Of a stretch of DNA of 64,000 bases, positions 31,359 through 41,908 are shown piece after piece. The position numbers were made by a program, and so were the translations under genes. The notes beneath the pieces were generated by a model. The model had not been told where the DNA came from. It did not search any database and was given only the letters and a program-made list of their open reading frames with translations. The DNA comes from Octopus vulgaris (Eukaryota). The stretch lies in NCBI GenBank assembly GCA_951406725.2, contig OX597826.1:52576001-52640000 (forward strand), read 5' to 3'. How positions within the stretch are numbered: the first letter of the stretch is position 1; each line of letters begins with the position of its first letter.

Positions 31359-32255
31359 GTAGGAGGGGGTACCCAAAAGAAATGGAATTTTGCAATATCA
31401 CTTTATTCACTTAGTTTTACATGTTTACACTTTTACCACCTTCAAAGTATTCTCCATTTGAAGCAATGCATCTGTCCAGACGCGTTTTCCACCGTTCGAA
31501 GCAATATTGGAACTCTTGTGAAGTGTTGACTTTTAAAACCTCCGTCGTGTTTTTGTTTTTTTCATCACCTCCCCCACATCTGCATATTCCCTGGCACCAG
31601 CTAACATCATCAGTGAGGATCTTCGAATAAAGGTCCGGATCAATTTCCAAGTGTTCTTTGAAGTTCATGACTGCTTTTGACCATCCGTGAGCAGGCGATG
31701 CACACATTTTTCTACAACTCTTATCATTCGCAATTTCTCGCTCATAATTCGTTGGCAGGAGCTCCAGGACACATCAACCAGTTATATCAACAAGTTCGTC
31801 AATTGTTCAGTGACAGTCCTGCAAGTTCAGTTCATGAATTTTTGTGATGTTTTCATTCGTTCGGGAGGTCTACGATCGTCCTGGACGAGGTTGGTCTTCA
31901 AGTGACAAGTGACTATTCCTAAGCATGAAGGCCATTCATAAACTTGTTTTGTTTTTTGTTATGGCAGCGCCTTTGTAAGTTGTTTGAAGTGTGACAACTG
32001 TTTCGGCCGCCGTTTACCGCAGTAAAAAACAGAATTTCACACACGCACGCTGTTTCTTCGCTTCAGCCATCACAAAAATCGACGAACGGAGAAACCTTGC
32101 GAAACAAAGACGCACCCCGTGGAAGTACGACCAAACGCGACGATACCGGTCGGCAGCCTAATGCCTGAGGGCCACATCAAGTGATGTCTAGCGGCAGAAG
32201 CCAGAACTACAACGGGCTTGTCCCACACAGAACGTTTCCAGTTACTTTTCGGTAT
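31359..32255 (-). mobile_element. Internally deleted mariner element
   Basis: From 32070: MAEAKKQRACVKFCFLLR*TAAET...SLEDQPRPGRS...SKILTDDVSWC...FQYCFERWKTRLDRCIASNGEYFEG. Decayed TIRs TACCCAAAAGAAATGGAA / TTCCAGTTACTTTTCGGTA. Confidence 0.9.
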
Positions 32256-32317
32256 GTAATATGCACGTATGCATGCATATGTATATATAATATATATATA
32301 TACGCATACATACCTGC

Positions 32318-32404
<87 letters not shown>

Positions 32405-32411
<7 letters not shown>

Positions 32412-33029
32412 AATAAAAGAATGGAGTCGAACGAGGATTTTAACACAATTCCTTTAATTTTAACACATGTTTCGAAGACTGCATATTCTTAATTCTGAAG
32501 GAATAAGGTGCATTATGCCGTCTTCTCATCAGGAAAGTCAAGGAAAATCAATCAGCCTCAAGACGGACAAAAACTTTTCTATAGCTTGCTACATATTGAC
32601 CACAGTGATAATGAGTGATTTTAAAAATCCGTTAAAAGCAATGACGTCAAAAATGTTTGGAAGAGGAATTTATGAAAATAAGAAGGGGACAGTATGCATG
32701 CTGTATGAATATGGATGCGGGAGTGATTGCTCTGGTTAATAAGTTTTATTGCTTATGTGTGTGTATGAGTGTGTGTATATAACTGCATTTATGTCTATGT
32801 ATGTATATGTGTGTAGACATGTATAGGTAGGGGCCGGTTGTCAGATAAATATAGCAGTAAAGCGAGAAATTTATGTCTGTGTGTTTGATTGAGCGTATGA
32901 CAGAGATAGTTAAGTAGAAAGTAAGAGGGAAAGGTAGAGAGGAAGGGATGAACATACGCCAGTGACATATAATATCATTGTTTTATGTAACGGATTAGAC
33001 ATAAAAGGGACGTGAAATTAAATACTAAA
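32405..33029 (-). repeat. Inverted pLTR arm (~625 bp), partner at 35746-36370
   Basis: Reverse complement of 35746-36370, about five substitutions counted by eye. Confidence 0.97.
32449..32545 (-). ncRNA. Type I HHR in the inverted pLTR
   Basis: Reverse complement of 36229-36325, with a G>A change at the first stem I pair. Confidence 0.75.
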
Positions 33030-33088
33030 TTCATTCACCTACTTAAATATTTTTATACAGTTTCATTGAGAATCTGCTAACTTAACCG

Positions 33089-35719
33089 ATGCCGCAAATG
33101 GAGTTGTTCGATATTAACGCTTCCCTTAAGGACATACCAATACCACCAAAGGAAGCCTTCCTTAAGGAAATGGTTAACAAAACAAATGCATTTATCATCC
33201 GCATCAGATGGCTCGCATTCTTCCATGATAATGAGGACATAAAACGGAACAGTAGCGACGTATCCCTTCAATATGATAAACTTTTTAAGTCGAGGGGAAC
33301 CCCTCCACCAAATCCTAGACTGAAGAAATTTGTAGATGATCTGTGGAACATCGTAAAAAATATTAAGTTTCACAAATCACCCCTAAGAAATAGACACCTT
33401 AAATACCTTGATAAAATCACTAAAGACATTAACAGATTGGACGCTATCCTGGTCCAATCGGATAAAACCAGGAATATATATAAACTTACAAAGAACCAAT
33501 ATTTAGAACTATTCAAAAGAGAGATACAAAAAAATTACAGGACAACAAGTAAAAACAAACTCAAACAGGCCAACTTAGAAATTAAGCAAATCATGGAGAC
33601 ATATGGATTACAAATGAAAACACAACCGTTGAACCCTAGACAACCAAGATTCATCGTCAAGGACCACAAACAGAACTTTCACACAAACCCGGCATTGCGG
33701 CTCACATGCCCTTCTAGTTCCGACATCGATATCCTTAGTAAGTACATTTTAGATAAATATATACCCACATTAATCAATAAGTTAAAACTTAGCTTATGGT
33801 CTAACTCTACTCAAGTCGTAGAGTGGTTTAATTCTATTAATGATAAGGCAAACACTAAATTTATACAATTTGATATATCTAGTTTCTACCCTTCAATCAA
33901 CCCTAGTGTAGTTAATAAGGCCCTATGGCACGCGCACAATAAGGCAGTACTCTCCAGGAATGAAATTAATGTGATATTAGCAGCTAGAAAGTCTTTCATA
34001 CAGTTCGATAATAAGTTATGGGTCCGTAAAGATACTCCTAACGAGTTCGATGTACCAATGGGAAGTACAGACAGCGCTCAGATAGCCGATTTGGTCGGAA
34101 TTTATATTCTCTATGAACTAGCCGACCAATTTCCGGACATCTGTGGCGGTCTATACCGAGACAATTGTCTGCTTTACCTCCATAATGCTTCGAACCAAAA
34201 AAAATACAGAGGGTTAAGAATAGATTAGCTAGATTCTTTAGTAGAATGGGCTTGAATATAGTTTTTGATGATGAATTGACTAAAGCCAACTTCTTAGATA
34301 TTACCCTAAATCTGCAAAATAATTCGTACTTCCCTTACCATAAGCCTTCTACTAATCTTAAATATATCAGCATTTTCAGTAATCATGCCAAAACAATTAC
34401 CGATAATTTAGTTTAAAATATTTCCTTAAGACTTTCAAAATTATCTGCTAATGTTGACATTTTTAACGAAAAGGCTGAATTTTATAACGCCGCCTTGTCA
34501 AAAGCCGGGAATAAAAATAAACTGTCATACATCGATCCAGCCCATTCTAATCCAATATATATTTCCCAGAATAAGAAAACTCATAAAAAATTGAATAGCG
34601 ATAATTGTGGATTTGGTTCTAACCACGTCGGCACCTCTGTACATAAGATTAATAACTTACGGACCTGGGGTTGCAATCAACACCCAACCCCAAATTCACA
34701 CCATAGAAAATTTCCCTTTACTGTGAAAAGTAACACGGTGAGTAATTCTAAATCTACAAAAACCTATATCTGGTTTGTTATACCTTTCGGAAAACAACTC
34801 AAATCGAAACTTCCCTCACAGTTCCGTGAAGCAGTGGCTAGGAATTCTCCCAGGAATTCTAGGTATTATTCTATTATAAATTCACATAAGGTGAGAATTG
34901 CATTCTCTAACACTAGAAATCTTTCACAAATTATCGCTTCCCATAATAACAAGCTGCTAAACAGAGATCCTTCACCCGGAAGATCCAACGCTATTTTTAT
35001 CGATTCCAACCAAACATACAATAATATTAATAGAAATAGTATTGATAGTAGCAACATTCGTAGCAACGTTAGTGTAGGCAATGATAATATTAATAATAGC
35101 ATTAGTCGGGCTGATAACAATGATAGTGTTGATGGTATCAACAACAACATTTCTATTGCCAGGAATATTGCCGGTTGTAATGCAATTAATATTAATAATA
35201 ATAATGATAATAATAATAGAAATAATGTACGGGTTAAAACTAACAGTAATATTAACAGCAATCATATCATTAATAATTCAGTTTCAATCTCCGAAGGAAA
35301 CCATAACAGATTAAGGTTCTTGTCCAGATTAAGATTCTTGTCCAAAAATTAAGAATACAATTTACCAATGTAGAATTTCTACCGGTACCGTTGTCTTCTT
35401 TTATATTGGGGCAACAACTTCCAAATTATCAGAGAGAATTTCAAATCATTATTCAACGTTCCGAGATAAGAGAAAACAACAGAGCACAGGACTAAGTAAA
35501 TTAGTTTGGCGTCTTAAGGACAATAATATAACTTTTAAGCTGGATTGGTTCATATTGTCTGTATCCTTTCCTTTTGATAAGGGCAGGAAATTTTGCGGAA
35601 TTTGTATTTCCGAGCTCTACCATATAATTTTCCCCAAGTTCCATTTAGTTAACACGTTAACAGAAAAATCCTATAAATGTATGCACTGGCAAAAACATAC
35701 TTTTCATTCATACAAATGA
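33089..35719 (+). pseudogene. PLE polyprotein (RT, thumb, Asn-rich linker, GIY-YIG endonuclease), disrupted
   Basis: SLKDIPIP..IRIRWLAFF, SDKT, DISSFYPSI, FDVPMGSTDSAQIADLVG, GLYRDNCL; frameshift ~34200; NFLDITLNL..YFPYHKP..SNH; stop ~34414; frameshift near 35345; TIYQCRISTGTVVFFYIG..ERISNHYSTF..CGICISE..KCMH; TGA 35717-35719. Confidence 0.9.
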
Positions 35720-36228
35720 TAATTAATATTGATAACTTCTCTGTTTTAGTATTTAATTTCACGTCCCTTTTATGTCTAATTCGTTACATAAAACAATGAT
35801 ATTATATGTCACTGGCGTATGTTCATCCCTTCTTCTCTACCTTTCCCTCTTACTTTCTACTTAACTATCTCTGTCATACGCTCAATCAAACACACAGACA
35901 TAAATTTCTCGCTTTACTGCTATATTTATCTGACAACCGGCCCCTACCTATACATGTCTACACACATATACATACATAGACATAAATGCAGTTATATACA
36001 CACTCTCATACACACACATAAGCAATAAAACTTATTAACCAGAGCAATCACTCCCGCATCCATATTCATACAGCATGCATACTGTCCCCTTCTTATTTTC
36101 ATAAATTCCTCTTCCAAACATTTTTGACGTCATTGCTTTTAACGGATTTTTAAAATCACTCATTATCACTGTGGTCAATATGTAGCAAGCTATAGAAAAG
36201 TTTTTGTCCGTCTTGAGGCTGATTGATT

Positions 36229-36325
36229 TTCCTTGACTTTCCTGATGAGAAGACGGCATAATGCACATTATTCCTTCAGAATTAAGAATATGCAGTCTTC
36301 GAAACATGTGTTGAAATTAAAGGAA
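36229..36325 (+). ncRNA. Type I HHR in the 3' pLTR, extended stem II
   Basis: TTCCTTGACTTTC-CTGATGA-GAAGAC-(40 nt)-GTCTTC-GAAAC-ATGT-GTT-GAAATTAAAGGAA. Confidence 0.85.
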
Positions 36326-37029
36326 TTGTGTTAAAATCCTCGTTCGACTCCATTCTTTTATTCGTTTTAAATATTACACAAATTACCACACAAGAACACG
36401 GAGTTTCTACCCTTGGCATGTAGGTTCAACCGTATTTTCTGACGTGAATTTGCTACCCAGGTATCAGTTAACCGAATTATCAATACTAGGATAATTCATT
36501 CACCTACTTAAATATATATATATATATATAACTTGTTAATATAACAGTTCCGCAATGTATGTTCTCATATCGTAGAAAGAAAAGAAGCAAAACATAGGAT
36601 GTATCTTCATTTATATAACCAAAATATTTATATATATATAAAAAACATGCAAAAAACAAAAGAAGGAAACGAACGCGCAATACAGTGAGAAAAAGTATTA
36701 AAAATAACCGCCAACAGATATGGATGTATAAATCTCGCGTAAGCTGCATTGCGCGTGTACACTCGCGCATACATGCATCCACGAAAATGTAAGCATACGC
36801 ACACGCGTGATTTGGTGTACACATATTCACATAGCGAGTTAAATAGTTACTTGGTATTTATAAGAATGGGAAGTGTAAAGTTATATTTAATTCATCTATA
36901 CCTTAAAGTAAATTATATTGAGAGTTACTCAAATCCATTCCCCTGCGTTGTGCAAAAGTGCATTTATATGCATGTAGATCTCTTCAGAGTCTTTCAGAAA
37001 TTCTATTAATGATCTTCTCATTGGTCCAC

Positions 37030-37325
37030 AGATTAGACATCGCCTGGAATTGATATTTTATGGTTTTGTACACCTTATTATGGACCAAGTTATGTTATAC
37101 TTAATTTTATCTTCCTTCGAAATCGGCCAAAAATGTTGAATGTCTCCCTTTAATTCTCTTGAAGCTGGCGACATGGTTGTGATAACGGTTCTGAAATGAA
37201 TCAGCCGTCTGCCCAATGTAAACATACAACCCTCCTCTTGTGTGCACGGTACATTTATATTCAAGACTTTTACTCATGCAGAGATTCATCAATGGGCATT
37301 TTGATTTTTCCCTACATGAGCATTT
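37030..37325 (-). pseudogene. PLE GIY-YIG endonuclease fragment (same PLE type as 33089, different family)
   Basis: CSCREKSKCPLMNLCMSKSLEYKCTV...YVYIGQTADSFQNRYHNHVASFK...IKYNITWSII. Confidence 0.85.
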
Positions 37326-37452
37326 ATCATATATATTTGTATATATGACAGTTCTAACTTCATATAGTTGAAGATGTGAATCCTAAAAAGCGCAATACTC
37401 CGAATGTTGTCTATGTAGAAAAGAGTAATAGCTTAGAAGATAGACAGGACAA

Positions 37453-37590
37453 TTTTAAAATCACCTCTAGTGAAGCTGAAGCGAAAACTGCAGACGATAT
37501 TTTTATACCTACAGTTAGAGTTAGCATTCGATAGTTTTACTATTTCCATTAATAGTTTTCACTTCAGCTTCGCTAGAGGTGATTTTTAAC
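37453..37590. repeat. Short foldback or MITE with ~37-bp inverted ends
   Basis: AAAATCACCTCTAGTGAAGCTGAAGCGAAAACT pairs with AGTTTTCACTTCAGCTTCGCTAGAGGTGATTTT. Confidence 0.8.
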
Positions 37591-37625
37591 TACTACTACT
37601 ACTGCTACTAAAAATAATAATAATG

Positions 37626-37695
<70 letters not shown>

Positions 37696-38429
37696 TGTTA
37701 ATTGAGGGTATAAATGCAAAATAAGTAAAATATCTCTGAATAAATAGTAATGTACTCCATACAGCAAATTGTAAGCAAAACTGGTACAATTAATAGAAAT
37801 CTGAATAAACATTTTAAACCACGCTTCAACTGCAATACCAGTAGAGGTGATTATAAGACCAGAACTCCTTTGCATTTAGAAAGTAACACTATCACCTTTC
37901 AATGAATACCAACGCAGGACGCTTGTTTGAATCAGTTCACTTTGAAAATGTGAGTGATGGACCCTTGATGAAATTGCAGCGAATAGGTTGCATAATTACA
38001 TTGTGAGCAATGTGCAGTTGCTGCAGTCAAAACATATGTAGGTCAGTGTTATATATGCTGTAGGAAACTTTTTAAATTTTGCATGAAAATAAATCTCCAC
38101 TCTCCTCTTCGTTATCAATTATATACTCTACGGAACTTTTGCATTTGTGAACAGGGACATGAAACTACCCAACGAGTGAAGCTTACAAATACCAGTAAGT
38201 CTTTTAAGCTTGCGTACTATGCAACAGGACCGTTGTGGATAGCCGGCACCTATACCAATTTGTGAGACAAACGGTATCTGCCAGGATAACTTATCCCTTT
38301 TATACTCTCTCTCTCTCTGTCTCTATCTATCTGTCTGTCCTTGTATCTCTCCCTCCCTCTCTCTATCTGTCTGTTTGTGTGTGTGTCTCTCTCTCTATCT
38401 ATCTGTCTGTTTGTCTCTCTGTCTCTCTT

Positions 38430-38481
<52 letters not shown>

Positions 38482-38636
38482 GGAGAAATTATACAAAATA
38501 TAAATAGATGCTGAGTAAAGCACCGGCACAGTTTCGATTACCCGTTGTTATCTTTAGATTTATTGCAGGAACTTCGTAGTGGCGGTTGAGGTAACAGTAT
38601 TAATAACATAGATGGAATGAATAAAAAATTTTATTG

Positions 38637-38725
38637 GGTACGACACATGTTTCGACCCGTTCTTAGTTACTTCGGGTATATCAATAAAAAGTCCCACAGA
38701 GATTTTCTGAGTCAGCTTACGTACC
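38637..38725 (-). ncRNA. Degenerate HHR-like motif with G3/C8-type core
   Basis: Minus strand: GGTAC-GTAAGCT-GACTC...GGGTC-GAAAC-ATGT-GTC-GTACC. Confidence 0.5.
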
Positions 38726-39024
38726 GCTATATGTCCATCAAATTCGAGAATAAGTATAAAAAAAAAAAACAGAAAAATTATTGAAGCGCAAATCATACAA
38801 ATATGAACGTGAAAATTATACATTCTAGTTTAGAGAAAATGCTGTAATGGACCTTCGCTGTTGTAACTGTTAAGAGAAAGAAAAGGATGTAGAAGTTGAA
38901 AGGAAGATAATAAACGAAAAAAATTTTGTGTTCGTGCTTAGATACACATGTACATACATACATGCATGCATGCATACATACATACATGCATACATACATG
39001 CATATTATATATATATTATTTATA

Positions 39025-39063
<39 letters not shown>

Positions 39064-39095
39064 CACATCCAAGTATATATATTATGTATGTATGT

Positions 39096-39735
39096 CATTA
39101 TTTAGTTTATTTCAAGATTTCTTGCCAATAGAGACAGAACAGGTTTCTAACCTAGATCCAAGTTTCCTTCAATAAAATTTCAACATCAACAACTGGGTAT
39201 TTTTCTTTATTTGTATGTATGTATGTATGTATGTGCAGATTTGTATGTTTTATGTATGTTTTCTCATGCATATAGTTATATATCTAGGCATGCTCATATA
39301 TTTAAATGATAAACTTCTAGAAAACGTTATAGATATTTGCAGTTCCAGTGATGGATTGGCTCTGTAGTCTTAGAAATAGCTTTCTCCTTTCTGGTTTTGA
39401 GAAGCCTAATTTCTCAAGATTGGTATTTAGGCAGTGTGTTACATATCCCAGGGCCCCAATAATTACAGGTATAGACCGGAACTTGTAATCTGGATAGAGT
39501 AACTACAGATTTCTGAATAGTTCATCGTAGGTGTTCTCTTTTTCACTGATCTTCAGCTTTATGTTAACATCCGCTGGGCAGCTAATTTCCACAACTGTAC
39601 ACAGTTTCTCTTCTCTGTCCCAAATCATTATATCAGGTCTGTTGTGCTTACATATTATTGAGGTCTACACTAGTACATTCCACCAGTATTCCTTTTTATT
39701 ATGAGTGGCTATGGCATCTACCATATGAATCCCAG
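39096..39735 (-). mobile_element. R4/Dong-type LINE 3' end (restriction-like endonuclease), ending in (CATA)n
   Basis: EYWWNVLV*TSIICKHNRPDIMIWDREEKLYTVVEISCPADVNIKLKISEKENTY...IPVIIGALG. Confidence 0.85.
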
Positions 39736-41204
39736 GTGAAGTGGTCAGTCTTTCTTGCATGGCTGTCCCTTTCACACAGTATTTGATGTATCCGCTCTGC
39801 AAGCCCATCACATGAGCAACAACTTTTATGTCACTACAGAGCTGCCACTGATGCTCATCATATTTTATGCCTTTCAACGCATGCTCCTAAGTTTCTTTCA
39901 TATGTGATGCATATCAGACAGGAACTGATGGTTCACTATTCTCATTATGCAGCCAGCCACCTTTCAGACTGGGTTTTGATGAATCTATGAACAGCCTTCA
40001 GTTACTGGGTTCGTACTCAATACCAAGTGCTTCCATCACACCATTAATACTCTTGCAGACCAATAAATTCCATACCAATATGAAGAAATTGCTGAACCGT
40101 TGATGACGGTCATGAAACTTTTCACGTCAGCTGCAATGAGATTCCACTGTTGAAGACGAGAGCCTAGCAGCTCTGCCTAATTCTTAGGTAGTTTTAGATC
40201 CCTGACAAGGTCACAGGGTTCAACTTGTGTTATGAAATGTGTTCTAGAGGAGGGCCACTCTGTAATCCAGCACTGCCATCCTTCTCTGCTTCCTCCTCAC
40301 CACTTTCTTCATCTGACTCGAAGGATACCAAAGTTGATGTATCAGGAACGGGTAGACCATTTCCATGAGGAACTGGGTGAATAGCTGATGAACTCCTTTT
40401 CTTCTTTGACAACTCCTTTTTTACCGGAGATACCATGCAGAAATAAAAATTGCTTGTTAGTATGGCCTTTTGGTCCCGCCACGTTATTGGCACATCAAAA
40501 GGCATTCTTTTCGTCTTCCTTTCCAACCACTGGTGAAGGTTACTAGCACAAGTCTTGCAGCATATGTGAGAAGCTCACTTCTTGTCTTGGTCGCCAATTT
40601 TGCATCCAAAATATAGTTGATATGCCTTTCTAACCATAGCATTCATATGGCACTTCTGTGATGCTAAGTCACTTCACCACAAATGTAGCAGAAGTTGTCT
40701 GTCTTATTCACACAAGTGAAAGACATCTGAAAGAAAAAAACAAGAACAGCAAACATTTAGAAGATAAATAGAAAATTCATTCATAAATTCATCATTATAA
40801 TACAGAGCATAATAACTCAGCAGAAATATTTATATCATTAAGTAGGAAAACAGAATTACTATAAAATGCCTCACATGCATATCAGTAGCTTGCTCACTGA
40901 ATATTTATTATAAGTTTAAAAAGAGTTTGACTAAAAAAAGTCACCTACCTTTCACCTCACTATATAAACTTGCACAGCACTACCACCTCCTATGACTGCT
41001 GGAACAATACTGAAATTCAGTGGGACTGTAAATGTGGTAAGAAACACATTGCTGCAAACCAGCTGGAACCTGTTGTGACACATACGTGTATCTTGAAAAG
41101 TGGTGCTAACAAAGAGTTTTAGCCATGATGTTCATTATCAGTGACCTAAAATTAGTTGGAAATTGCTACTCTGGTCTCAGAAGCATTTTGGTTGTTGACC
41201 AGTA
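39736..41204 (-). mobile_element. Chapaev3-like (CMC) DNA transposon, 5' part, nested in the LINE
   Basis: End TACTGGTCAACAACC (CACTG-like); ATG at 40726 right after an intron acceptor; CVNKTDNFCYICGE, YFGCKIGDQDK, MPFDVPITWRD, LFIDSSK, WQLCSDIKVVAHVMGLQSGYIKYC. Family assignment from memory. Confidence 0.8.
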
Positions 41205-41772
41205 TTATCAATCAAAGAGTGTTGCTCAAGAAGCTGCCCTCCAAGTCTTATGATGTTATCAGCCTCATGTATGCAAACTTGGTTAAGGGATACTCTTCGA
41301 CACTTGCTGGTTAAAAGATGTTGCCGAAGGGATATGATGTGATATTCAAAGGCATTTTGGATCGATGTTAAGCCGCGTTCGCTTTGTTTTCATTTTAGGT
41401 AGTAGATGTCTACCTCACTGTTTATATGGCAATTATGTGTGCTTGTTAGTACTTTTCGGGTTTTCACGGATCTCATCAACCGTCCAATCAAGCAGCTCAA
41501 ATCTTGGTATGAGTACTGGTACTACGGACACATTATGAGCCACTGTTTTATTGAATGTAGAGACTTCTGAGGTCTAAATTTTCTTTATTCGGCTGTAATA
41601 TTCTTTAGTGACACGAGTTTTGTTACAGGTGCCATTGTGAGATATATCTTCATCCAACCCTAGATACCTGTCACATTCCTCGTCAGATACAGGGGAAACA
41701 GTCAAATCATTGATGAAGACGTTACTAGTCTGGTTTATAGCTTTCCCCCTTTTCTCAACCATATAACAACAT
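41205..41772 (-). mobile_element. R4/Dong-type LINE, post-RT segment, 5'-truncated at (TATG)n
   Basis: ECDRYLGLDEDISHNGTCNKTRVTKEYYSRIKKI*TSEVSTFNKTVAHNVSVVPVL...LDWTVDEI. Confidence 0.8.
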
Positions 41773-41864
41773 TTATGTATGTATGTATGTATGTATGTAT
41801 GTATGTATGTATGTAGGTAGGTAGGTAGGTATATGTGTGGGGAGAGAGAGAGCCAATCATATAC

Positions 41865-41908
<44 letters not shown>

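Larger units (their letters stand above)
32405..36515 (+). mobile_element. Near full-length Penelope-like retroelement (C-terminal GIY-YIG, Hydra-clade-like) inserted in (TA)n
   Basis: Order: inverted pLTR 32405-33029, direct pLTR stub 33028-33050, RT-GIY-YIG frame 33089-35719, 3' pLTR ~35720-36515; TA runs at both ends. Confidence 0.93.

Noticed and set aside
32467-32955. Duplicated small ORFs (90 and 69 aa, mirrored at 35819-36307)
   Set aside because: By-products of the inverted repeat; no protein motifs.
32405-36370. TIR DNA transposon or DIRS interpretation of the long inverted repeats
   Set aside because: Encodes PLE-type RT and GIY-YIG with no transposase or tyrosine recombinase, and the right repeat extends past the inverted part as a pLTR.
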